IMG/VR virus record: IMGVR_UViG_3300020156_000022
Coordinates: 32,001-96,000 of that record
DNA: 64,000 nt
Strand: one strand, 5' to 3'
Source of the DNA: a virus
The notes under the pieces were generated by a model. The model was given only the letters and a program-made list of their open reading frames with translations, had not been told where the DNA came from and ran no database searches. The translations under genes were made by a program, and so were the position numbers. Positions 8,367-15,766 of the stretch are shown here, piece by piece (position 1 is the stretch's first letter; each line of letters starts with the position of its first letter).

Positions 8367-8522
8367 TCAGAATAGATTAGCTACAGTTTGAGCGTTGTTA
8401 ACTTCCTTCTGAAGTTGTGCAATAGTAGCTGCGTCAGCCTTGTTCTTTTTAGCTGCTTTTAGTGCAGCCTTAGCCTCTGCAAGTTTCTGAAATGCTTCGT
8501 GGCTGCTTGTAATCTTAGCCAA
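8367..8522 (-). CDS. small Ala/Lys-rich helical protein
   Basis: My translation (TTG start, GGAG RBS): MAKITSSHEAFQKLAEAKAALK..., 51 aa. Confidence 0.55.
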   Translation of the reverse strand: MAKITSSHEAFQKLAEAKAALKAAKKNKADAATIAQLQKEVNNAQTVANLF

Positions 8523-8558
8523 TTTAAATCTCCACAAGATTAGTAATTAATTAATAGA

Positions 8559-8691
8559 AGTGAACATGTAAGTGAAAAACGGGTTTTTAAGTGCTGCCAT
8601 TACACCACCCGCCCATGAAATGGACGAGCTGGGATTCGAACCCAGACCTTTCCTTTATAAGAGAAGATAACCGTTATTCGTTCGGCTCACT
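8559..8691 (-). ncRNA. Y RNA (YrlA-like, with permuted tRNA domain), copy 3
   Basis: AGTGAGCCGAACG..GGTTATC / ACATGTTCACT; T arm CTGGG-TTCGAAT-CCCAG, closed acceptor, D arm TGGTGTAATGGCAGCAC. Confidence 0.85.
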
Positions 8692-8694
8692 AAG

Positions 8695-8771
8695 ATCTCC
8701 TGGCAGGACTCGAACCTGCATGAGGGGTGGCACTAATCCTCGCCAACGTCTACCAATTCCGCCACAGGAGA
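8695..8771 (-). ncRNA. Leu-like tRNA body with an aberrant (possibly pseudoknotted) anticodon arm
   Basis: Canonical acceptor, Leu-type D loop and T arm; centre TGGC-GAGG-ATTAGT-GCCA-CC-CCTC. Confidence 0.55.
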
Positions 8772-8778
8772 AAATTAC

Positions 8779-8844
8779 TTCGAATATGTGTTGATGATGG
8801 TTATTTTTATTTTCAGTAAGATAAACCAACATCTCCGACTCGAA
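8779..8844 (-). ncRNA. short Y RNA-like element (no tRNA domain), copy 4
   Basis: TTCGAGTCGGAG..GTTTATC / ACATATTCGAA, same stem motif as copies 1-3. Confidence 0.65.
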
Positions 8845-8847
8845 TTG

Positions 8848-8921
8848 TGTTTCTGGCAGGAATCGAACCTGCTACCTTCGCTGTATATATTACGCTGCTC
8901 AATCCAATGAGCTACAGAAAC
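8848..8921 (-). ncRNA. tRNA with a degenerate anticodon arm (identity undetermined)
   Basis: Perfect acceptor, D and T arms; anticodon region GCGTAATATATACAGC cannot form a 5 bp/7 nt arm. Confidence 0.6.
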
Positions 8922-8927
8922 ATATAA

Positions 8928-9014
8928 TCAGGATATAATTTAGACATCGGAAAGCCCAGACAACGCTGAGCGAATTCACCATTTGAAAGATAACCGATGA
9001 TCCTTCGACCCTGA
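8928..9014 (-). ncRNA. Y RNA-like element (no tRNA domain), copy 5
   Basis: TCAGGGTCGAAG..CATCGGTTATC / CCGATG..ATATCCTGA. Confidence 0.7.
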
Positions 9015-9020
9015 AACTTG

Positions 9021-9112
9021 AAGTTGAACATGTGTTTGAGATCAAACTATGCCACTATGGGCAATTAATTTTGGAGTAATTATCTGATAATCGATCTCAT
9101 TCGGCTCAACTT
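9021..9112 (-). ncRNA. Y RNA-like element (no tRNA domain), copy 6
   Basis: AAGTTGAGCCGAATGAGATCGATTATC / GATCTCA..ACATGTTCAACTT. Confidence 0.7.
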
Positions 9113-9113
9113 G

Positions 9114-9189
9114 TACTCCGTACCGGATTTGAACCGGTGCTCTTCTGATTGAGAATCAGATGTCTTAGACCAGACTAGACGAACGGAGC
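9114..9189 (-). tRNA. tRNA-Glu(CTC)
   Basis: Cloverleaf; loop TTCTCAA. Confidence 0.9.
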
Positions 9190-9224
9190 ATGTCTGTAAG
9201 CACTAGCTGCTTACAGGTATTACC

Positions 9225-9683
9225 TTACACTACCTTCAGGCTGTTGTCAACCGCATCATAAAAAGATCGACTATCTCCGTACAGATATGCATCAACAATT
9301 CGAGGCACAGTAAAAAAAGTATTGGCAGGAAGGGCATTCATATTAAACCAACGCCATTCTTCACACTTATCAGGTTCCATTACCTTAGGGTTGCCTGAAA
9401 GCCATATGCATACCATGCCAATATCAACATAATGCTTAGGCATGTATTCAGTCAGATTAATAGTGGAAATAGGGATAGGCCGAGTAGTCTTTACCTGAGA
9501 GCCAATTTCTTCTGCCATCTCACGGTAAGCTGTATCAGCAAACGACTCACCATACTCAAGTGTTCCTCCTGGAAGACCCCATTGCCCTGCACCATGAGAA
9601 CCCTTACGCTTACCTAGCAGGATAAGCTCCGGCATTCTTACTACAAGAACACCAATACCTACCTTGGTAATATTAGACATCAA
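9225..9683 (-). CDS. Nudix hydrolase
   Basis: Nudix box GGTLEYGESFADTAYREMAEEIG; EPDKCEEWRWF. Confidence 0.9.
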   Translation of the reverse strand: MMSNITKVGIGVLVVRMPELILLGKRKGSHGAGQWGLPGGTLEYGESFADTAYREMAEEIGSQVKTTRPIPISTINLTEYMPKHYVDIGMVCIWLSGNPKVMEPDKCEEWRWFNMNALPANTFFTVPRIVDAYLYGDSRSFYDAVDNSLKVV

Positions 9684-9970
9684 ACTCTCCGGCCTTTACA
9701 CCTTTAATAAATTCACGCCATTCGCGTTTATCAAAGCATACATAGTCTCCGTCAGAATCTCTGACAAAAACAACATCAGCTTCTATCAGAACTTCTACAC
9801 AGCAATCATTACCACAAAAAGAGGATTTCTTATGCTCAGGCATTATTTTTCTTTTCGAAAGATATTCTTAGGGCGATCTTGCCCTTTCTTAGTGCCACAA
9901 TTCCAGCACTTTTTCTCTTCTTCTCGTACCTCAGTATGGCAATATTTACATCGCCAGTGATTAAACGTAT

Positions 9971-10171
9971 TCACGTACCATCAGCTCCACAAAGGTTACA
10001 AGTTAATTGGGTACCGTTAGAATTCCAGGTATTCAGTTTATGCTCGCACATTACAGTCCAATAAGCACAAGCATCACATTCTTCAACCTGGATTGAACCC
10101 AGCCAGTTCTCCATATAAAAAACGGAGGCTGAAAAACCTCCGTGCTCATCATGTTCCTTCAGATAGGACAT
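9971..10171 (-). CDS. small Cys/His protein
   Basis: 66 aa with CxxC pairs; abuts the upstream ORF. Confidence 0.55.
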   Translation of the reverse strand: MSYLKEHDEHGGFSASVFYMENWLGSIQVEECDACAYWTVMCEHKLNTWNSNGTQLTCNLCGADGT

Positions 10172-10486
10172 TTACTTAATACCTAGTTCCTTCAGAATAA
10201 GGTCATGCTCTACTGCATGGAATACATGCTCAGGAATCTTAACTCGATAGACCATCTTTTCGAATTCGTAGCTAATACTCATCTCTAATTCTTGATGCAT
10301 ACCATCGCTATCGAGAAAAGCATTAGCTGCTTGGAGACGCTTAGTAATTTCGGGCAAAGCTTCAGAACGAACTTTTACCCATCGACCCTTATAAGTTCTG
10401 TCAAAAATGCCGAAGCCATTAGTGAATAACCCTATAACTAGGATAATTCCTAAGACTACTATTAGGGTTTCTAACCAATCAGACAT
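10172..10486 (-). CDS. membrane-anchored hypothetical protein (start corrected to ATG 10486)
   Basis: N-terminal TM helix; the upstream part of the tracked ORF lies in tRNA-Leu. Confidence 0.65.
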   Translation of the reverse strand: MSDWLETLIVVLGIILVIGLFTNGFGIFDRTYKGRWVKVRSEALPEITKRLQAANAFLDSDGMHQELEMSISYEFEKMVYRVKIPEHVFHAVEHDLILKELGIK

Positions 10487-10487
10487 G

Positions 10488-10569
10488 TACTCACGGTGGG
10501 ATTCGAACCCACAATCCTTTCGGCGCAGCATTTTAAGTGCTGAGTGTATACCAGTTCCACCACGCGAGC
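10488..10569 (-). tRNA. tRNA-Leu(TAA)
   Basis: Cloverleaf with long variable arm; loop CTTAAAA. Confidence 0.9.
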
Positions 10570-10571
10570 AT

Positions 10572-10668
10572 TGGTTTTGTAATCAGGAATAGTATCAGCA
10601 TACGTTCTGACGTTTACCTGAACCAGACCTATCAACAAAGGCCCGTTCTAACATTAAACTATTACAAA
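10572..10668 (-). ncRNA. tRNA-like RNA with an expanded T arm and encoded CCA
   Basis: TTTGTAA/TTACAAA-ACCA, D arm TAGTTTAATGTTAGAAC, 10 nt anticodon-like loop, TCAGG/CCTGA stem enclosing a hairpin instead of a T loop. Confidence 0.5.
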
Positions 10669-10670
10669 AG

Positions 10671-10746
10671 TAGCGTCGGAGAGATTCGAACTCATCACTG
10701 TCAGGTTCCTAAGACCTGTGCCTCCTACCAATTGGGCTACGACGCC
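10671..10746 (-). tRNA. tRNA-Leu(TAG), short variable loop
   Basis: Loop CTTAGGA; only a 5 nt variable region; bulged T stem. Confidence 0.75.
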
Positions 10747-10751
10747 ATTGT

Positions 10752-11318
10752 TCATTTATATAGATTACGCATCTCGGCAACTTGTGCTGAGGTCTTCGCA
10801 ACTGCTGCACTTAAGTCTGCCATACTAGAAGCTAGCTTGTCAACACTTGTCTGCAACTTAGCTAAGGCAACTTTAGTGTCATCCACATAAGGCCATGGCT
10901 GCTGCACACCTAGTCTAGCATCTGGAAGGTACTGCTCGTAAGGTGCTGGTTTATCTGGTGCAGGCTTTTCAAAGACCATCCAAGACTTAAATGTTCTTCC
11001 TGCACCCTTAAAGATATCATAAGCTATCTTAACATTAACTTCAGGATCACGCCATCTACCACCGTTAGCCTGAATCTTAGGATACTGCCAACGACCTGAC
11101 AACTGAAAGATACCGTGATCTCTGTTTCCTACAGAACCAGGATCACTAGTTAACGGTGCAGTAGTACGAGAAATAGATTCAGTATCCGCAGATGACTCAG
11201 CTAACGCCACAGCAACGGCTACTACTGCCTCAGAATCATTAGTTCCGGGAACAATAGTAGTTTTACTAAAGCCTGCTTTAATGCATAGATCCGCAACTTC
11301 ATGTGGTGATAGCTTCAT
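10752..11318 (-). CDS. lysozyme-like/lytic transglycosylase domain protein
   Basis: AVAVALAESS catalytic Glu motif, DHGIFQL, DPEVN, C-terminal coiled coil. Confidence 0.75.
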   Translation of the reverse strand: MKLSPHEVADLCIKAGFSKTTIVPGTNDSEAVVAVAVALAESSADTESISRTTAPLTSDPGSVGNRDHGIFQLSGRWQYPKIQANGGRWRDPEVNVKIAYDIFKGAGRTFKSWMVFEKPAPDKPAPYEQYLPDARLGVQQPWPYVDDTKVALAKLQTSVDKLASSMADLSAAVAKTSAQVAEMRNLYK

Positions 11319-11694
11319 GTCAAGTCCTAATTCTTATCAGCATTCTTTAGTTGCTCAGAATACATCTCTCTACGACGGATAGCTTCTTTACTAAACATCG
11401 GCGGCTCAACCTTTGTAGCTTTACGTCTAATGTCTGCCATTTCTTTATCTGAAATGGTATTAGGAATTTTATTCTTTTTCAAGACGATTTCCTTTTGTCA
11501 GATTTATTGGATCTTTTGACAGGATTTCTTCTTGCTTTATCTCCGTTAGCATCTACTCGAATAATCTTAATCTTACCGTCTGATTGCTTTTCGGGGTACT
11601 GTGCCAAGATAAAAACACCTCATAAATTAGCTTTTCTTGCACTTAGGGCAATATTTTTCCATGATTCTACTATACCATAAGTTTGGAGACCTTG

Positions 11695-11768
11695 CACGGA
11701 TGGAAGGACTCGAACCCTCGACAACGCAGGTTTGGAAGCTGCTGCTCTAGCCGCTGAGCTACACCCGT
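11695..11768 (-). tRNA. tRNA-Trp(CCA)
   Basis: Cloverleaf; loop TTCCAAA; G73. Confidence 0.85.
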
Positions 11769-11848
11769 ATAAAATTTTAATTCAGAAGAAAGGTCCGTGT
11801 ACCGACCTTAACGCCACCCATTGCTACACTTGGTGACTACTTCCTAAG

Positions 11849-11903
11849 TAGAGAGAAGACCAACTCTTCTATGCGCATCGCAGGACTCGACCTGCACTCT
11901 CTA
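11849..11903 (-). ncRNA. small permuted tRNA-elbow-like RNA
   Basis: TAGAGAG/CTCTCTA closing stem, GCAGG-TCGAGT-CCTGC first, AAGA-GTTGG-TCTT last. Confidence 0.35.
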
Positions 11904-11908
11904 ATTTG

Positions 11909-11984
11909 TAGCGGAAGCCGGATTTGAACCGACGATCTCAACCTCATGAGGGTTGCGAGGACGACCGAACTCCTCTACTCCGCA
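11909..11984 (-). tRNA. tRNA-fMet(CAT), initiator-like
   Basis: CAT anticodon, mismatched 1:72 pair, GAGGAGTTCGGTCGTCCTC D arm. Confidence 0.8.
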
Positions 11985-11986
11985 AG

Positions 11987-12058
11987 TGCCGAGTACTAGA
12001 ATTGAACTAGTGTTTCAGGGTTATGAATCCTGTGTTCTAACCATTGAACTAACCCGGC
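11987..12058 (-). tRNA. tRNA-Met/Ile2(CAT)
   Basis: Cloverleaf; loop TTCATAA. Confidence 0.8.
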
Positions 12059-12070
12059 TTGTTACCTACT

Positions 12071-12099
12071 ACCTTACCATGTTGCTCAGCCCTTGTCAA
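12071..12099 (-). promoter_or_regulatory. sigma70/HrdB-type promoter
   Basis: TTGACA-N17-TAAGGT. Confidence 0.75.
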
Positions 12100-12351
12100 C
12101 AGGTTTCTTGTTTGATTTAGTTAGATAATTGATAATGTATACTTTGCTGTCCGTAACAGGTTTACGTAGAATTCTGCCTTTAAGTTGCTCAGTATTCATA
12201 GCACTTATCTTTTTTCCTGTTTCGACGATATTTCCTGCGATTTTCATGCTTTGATGCTGCACTAGAACGACGAAGCTCAAGGAGCTGACGCTGTTCCTCA
12301 GCAGTGTATTTACGCTTGTAGTTCATCATCAGCTCCTTTCTCATGCTGTCT

Positions 12352-12380
12352 ACACTAGCGGATCAGGTTCTGGCTGTCAA
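12352..12380 (-). promoter_or_regulatory. sigma70/HrdB-type promoter (leaderless downstream ATG)
   Basis: TTGACA-N17-TAGTGT; ATG 7 nt later. Confidence 0.65.
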
Positions 12381-12579
12381 CCCACTGTACAACGGTTTTT
12401 CCTTGGTGTCCATGGATATCAATAACGTCTTGAATATTCTTATAGAAGCATAAAGATGTTTTAGAGCCTATCCAACGCATAGCACAACTGCCATCACTAA
12501 ACTGTACACCTTCAGTAACAATACCTGTTCCTGAAATTCCAGTTTCATCTTCTATTCGATTAAGGTAGAATCGTCGCAA
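12355..12579 (-). CDS. phage hypothetical protein
   Basis: RRFYLNRIEDETGISGTGIVTEGVQFSDG, a motif I recognise from phage hypothetical proteins; RBS present. Confidence 0.7.
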   Translation of the reverse strand: MRRFYLNRIEDETGISGTGIVTEGVQFSDGSCAMRWIGSKTSLCFYKNIQDVIDIHGHQGKTVVQWVDSQNLIR

Positions 12580-12690
12580 GATTTGTCTTCTCTCCTCAAA
12601 GAATATTTTCTAAAGATTTCATCTAATTCACCAAGAAGATCATTTACACGTTCTTGGTCTTTAGAGTCTAATTCTTCCCAATCTAGATAA

Positions 12691-13026
12691 TCATTGTTCG
12701 TCATCGCTAGACCTCATAACTACTATCATCCATTCACCTGGACCTATTTTAAGATCTGAAGCTTCTCTTTCAGATAAATAACGACCTTGGTATGAATAGT
12801 TAGTAGCTTCAGCCATACGCATAACCATTTCAGCGTTGCTTGCTGAAATTATAGAATGTACTTCTAATACACCGTCAGTTAGGCACGCCCAAATTTCCCC
12901 GCACTCAAAACCACGTTGAAATTCATTATCAACAGTATCAAATTCTAAAAGAAAATCTGAGGAATCGGCATCTGCGCGGATTCCTCTTCTCTCAGAATTA
13001 CTTTCTGATCTCATGGTGCCTAACAC
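12691..13026 (-). CDS. hypothetical protein
   Basis: 111 aa ORF with RBS. Confidence 0.6.
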   Translation of the reverse strand: MLGTMRSESNSERRGIRADADSSDFLLEFDTVDNEFQRGFECGEIWACLTDGVLEVHSIISASNAEMVMRMAEATNYSYQGRYLSEREASDLKIGPGEWMIVVMRSSDDEQ

Positions 13027-13031
13027 CTTTC

Positions 13032-13976
13032 TTATGCATGAATCTCCTGGTTACATGTCGGACACCTACCAGCTTTGGTCAATGTGTCATGTAGTTCATT
13101 CTCGGCTAGCAGTATACCAGATCGAACGGATTCAATGCTAGTGTCTTGCTCAACTATCGTTCGCTGAGCCTGAGCAAGTCGTTTCAAAATATTTTTAAAC
13201 TTATTAAATTTAATGTAAGCTTTTTCCAGCTCTGCTATGTCAGGGAGGGCTGGAATATTTCTTACTGCCTCAAGGGCCTCTGATGCCTTCTTAGCCTTAC
13301 CTATGAGGTTAGCAAGAAGGTCCATACGCGCCTGGGTAGTTGTTGCTTGGGCAAGTAAAGCTTCTACTTGAGTTATTGATTTAGCTTGTTGCATAACATT
13401 AGCATAATCACCAAGTTGAAGTAAAAGCTTATCTTGATCCTTTTTACGGATATTGACCAAGCCTGATGCATTCTTCGCTCGCCTACTAGCTTCTTTAACT
13501 GCATTGAAAATAGTAGACACATTAGTTAGTTCACCAAGTACACGAGCAACAGAACTAGAACCTTCTTTAAGCAAATAAGGAGCATCGAATTGCCCGGCAA
13601 AATTAATTGATGCTACTTCTTGCGTGCCTGGCGAGATACCCAAAGCTTCTGTAACTTCGGAAGGTACTTGACGATTAAGCTTAGTAAAGCGGGATTCTTC
13701 GCTACCAGACTTAGCAACTTTGTAAACACTACTACCACCTATTTCTCTCTCTATAGTTACTGATGTTTCACTAGTTTTAACAGTAATCGCTGATACTTTA
13801 GTTCCTCTAGTAATGTAATCGGAGTCTAGGCTATTCATAGCAATAGCTTTCATAGCTCTAGTAAGTGCCGATTTTCCACTAGAAGACGCACCTACGATTA
13901 CTGTCAGCTTTCCAAATTCCAATTCTACATCACGTAGACTTTGGAAGTTTTTAATTCTGATGGACTCGATCAACAA
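13032..13976 (-). CDS. SbcC/Rad50-like ATPase, N-terminal half
   Basis: IRIKNFQS, Walker A GASSSGKS, Q-loop (FAGQFD), coiled coil, terminal CPTC zinc hook. Confidence 0.85.
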   Translation of the reverse strand: MLIESIRIKNFQSLRDVELEFGKLTVIVGASSSGKSALTRAMKAIAMNSLDSDYITRGTKVSAITVKTSETSVTIEREIGGSSVYKVAKSGSEESRFTKLNRQVPSEVTEALGISPGTQEVASINFAGQFDAPYLLKEGSSSVARVLGELTNVSTIFNAVKEASRRAKNASGLVNIRKKDQDKLLLQLGDYANVMQQAKSITQVEALLAQATTTQARMDLLANLIGKAKKASEALEAVRNIPALPDIAELEKAYIKFNKFKNILKRLAQAQRTIVEQDTSIESVRSGILLAENELHDTLTKAGRCPTCNQEIHA

Positions 13977-14164
13977 TAATCCTTAACATCAGAAGGATCA
14001 ACGAAAATTACCTCAGCCTCAGGATCTTCGTCCCTTACCTTAGCTAGTTTAACAGGGTAATCAATAGTCTTCAACCACTTACCCAATCTGTGCTGCACAG
14101 TAAAACCTGCTATGATATTATCCGAAGTGTCTAGCACTATCCATAATGATGTGGCTCTAGCCAT
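13970..14164 (-). CDS. hypothetical protein
   Basis: 64 aa ORF, GGAG RBS. Confidence 0.55.
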   Translation of the reverse strand: MARATSLWIVLDTSDNIIAGFTVQHRLGKWLKTIDYPVKLAKVRDEDPEAEVIFVDPSDVKDYC

Positions 14165-14454
14165 GTTGTTCTCCCATATAAGTATTATTACCTATCTGCC
14201 GGATTGAGCCCATCTATTAGTGTACAGGTTGGCTTGCAATACTCCTTTTCTCCAACTTTGCACACAGGACACTTACCTTTATTCGGCCTTAGCTTATACC
14301 CATTGATTTCTTTTAATGGCTTTCTAAATGGATTCTTTATTAGCGTCTTTCTATTTTGCAATCAGGGCAAACATACATGTCACTAGAATTTCCACTTTTG
14401 TGCTTGGCGCAAGCTACTAATATTTTTACAGTCAAGACATCTCCCTAAACAAAC

Positions 14455-14482
14455 ATAGCCACCTGAATATTCAGGTGGCTAT
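14455..14482. terminator. inverted repeat/terminator
   Basis: ATAGCCACCTGAA-TA-TTCAGGTGGCTAT. Confidence 0.6.
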
Positions 14483-14646
14483 TCTCAAAGTTCTGCTTTC
14501 CACGTCCTACGTCTGGCAATTTGCTTATCTTTAGGCATTTCAGTCTCCCTAGATAGGTCTGCCACAAGCTAGACAAATAAGGTTTCCTCGCTTATCCATC
14601 ATAACTGTCCTACCGTGGTCTTTGCAAGCATCATGCTTACCCATGC

Positions 14647-14748
14647 CTAGACCTCGATAAACCCTGTACCTTTACAGCCTTTACAAGAACCTTTAGCTGT
14701 TTGCCCGTTATTACAGCCCGCACAACGCAACTTATTGCCTTTTTGCAT
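14647..14748 (-). CDS. zinc-finger microprotein
   Basis: My translation: MQKGNKLRCAGCNNGQTAKGSCKGCKGTGFIEV. Confidence 0.5.
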   Translation of the reverse strand: MQKGNKLRCAGCNNGQTAKGSCKGCKGTGFIEV

Positions 14749-14825
14749 TCGCTTCTTTAAAGGATACCTGTTATCTCGCGGTGCGACCTCGTGTGGGGGT
14801 GTATTACCCTCTTTATAGCGAGCCA

Positions 14826-15005
14826 TTAGGATTTATCTCCCTTATGGGAACCCTTATCACGGGAATGGTCTGGCTTACTGCCACCACCAGTAGTTCCTCT
14901 ACGACTAGTGTTAGTTCCTTTAGTCCAACGCCTTTCCACTTTCTGGGCATATTCCTCAAGCTGATCGGCAGACAGGTTCTTCTTATCGTCATCCTTTTTA
15001 GTCAT
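14826..15005 (-). CDS. charged microprotein
   Basis: My translation: MTKKDDDKKNLSADQLEEYAQKVERRW..., 59 aa; ATG directly after tRNA-Arg. Confidence 0.5.
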   Translation of the reverse strand: MTKKDDDKKNLSADQLEEYAQKVERRWTKGTNTSRRGTTGGGSKPDHSRDKGSHKGDKS

Positions 15006-15006
15006 G

Positions 15007-15079
15007 CACCCCTGACAGGATTCGAACCTGCGATTTACAGTTTAGAAGACTGTTGAGTTATCCGCTACTCTACAGGGGC
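15007..15079 (-). tRNA. tRNA-Arg(TCT)
   Basis: Cloverleaf; loop CTTCTAA. Confidence 0.9.
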
Positions 15080-15128
15080 ATTAAATTAGTTTTGAGTTTA
15101 AAGCGACCAAAACTATAAACAAACTTCG

Positions 15129-15197
15129 TGCATCGAGCGGGTTCGAACCGTATCTCTGGGTATGACCCCAGCGCATTTCCCTAATGCTACTCGATAC
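15129..15197 (-). tRNA. atypical tRNA (CAT in a 6 nt loop; 8 bp acceptor, short T stem)
   Basis: GTATCGAG/CTCGATGC, CTGGG-GTCATA-CCCAG, CGG-TTCGAAC-CCG. Confidence 0.5.
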
Positions 15198-15346
15198 TAA
15201 CATGGTGCCAGCCATGCTTTTACCATTACGAAAGACCCGGCTGCTACCGCATACCACACTTAATGCTGGCACACTAAGCTGATCACGTTCGTACTCTCGG
15301 ATTCCGTTTCTTAGCGTACGAAAGTCACCCGAGTATAACCAAACTG

Positions 15347-15418
15347 TACGCCGAGAGAATTACGATATCTCGTCCCGCGAGTTAAAAGCTCGCTGCTCTG
15401 CCTCTGAGCTACCGGCGC
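15347..15418 (-). tRNA. tRNA-Lys(TTT)
   Basis: Loop CTTTTAA; atypical T loop ATCGTAA. Confidence 0.8.
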
Positions 15419-15463
15419 TAGTCTTACAGAATACTACCAAGAACGTCTACATTTTGCTGAAAG

Positions 15464-15536
15464 TACGCCATAAGGGACTCGAACCCTTGACCCACCGATT
15501 AAGAGTCGGTTGTCTCTGCCGCTGAGCTAATGGCGC
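15464..15536 (-). tRNA. tRNA-Lys(CTT)
   Basis: Cloverleaf; loop CTCTTAA. Confidence 0.9.
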
Positions 15537-15637
15537 TTGGTGAGATATTTGTTAGCCTCTCACTGGCATCAGCCTCACCCATTTTACATCACGGAGGACA
15601 TGATGTCTAGCTACTAGAAAGTTGACATGACATACCT

Positions 15638-15692
15638 GCACCAGCTAGGAATCGAACCCAGTATGCCACTGAACAGGTTTGCAACCCTGTTT
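15638..15692 (-). pseudogene. 3'-half tRNA fragment (GCA anticodon arm plus T arm)
   Basis: ACAGG..TTGCAAA..CCTGT and CTGGG-TTCGATT-CCTAG; no D arm or 5' acceptor strand. Confidence 0.4.
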
Positions 15693-15694
15693 TG

Positions 15695-15766
15695 TAGGGG
15701 CAGGGAATTTCGAAATCCCGACCTGCGGTATGTAACACCGCTGCTCTGCCTCTGAGCTACGCCCCC
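15695..15766 (-). tRNA. tRNA-Val(TAC)
   Basis: Cloverleaf; loop GTTACAT. Confidence 0.85.

Noticed and set aside
7576-9112. CRISPR array interpretation of the recurring GATAACC/TTCGACTC motifs
   Set aside because: The repeats are degenerate, bipartite and irregularly spaced, and there are no cas genes. Paired Y-RNA stems explain them.
15203-15270. Twister ribozyme resemblance (TAA..CGG..AGCC..TAAAA)
   Set aside because: The conserved L4 and GA-T1 elements do not line up. Kept only as an ACCA-ended stem.
15277-15330. Hammerhead-like CTGA..GAAA on the plus strand
   Set aside because: The core reads CTGATCA rather than CTGANGA, the stems do not fit, and it is on the strand opposite all the genes.
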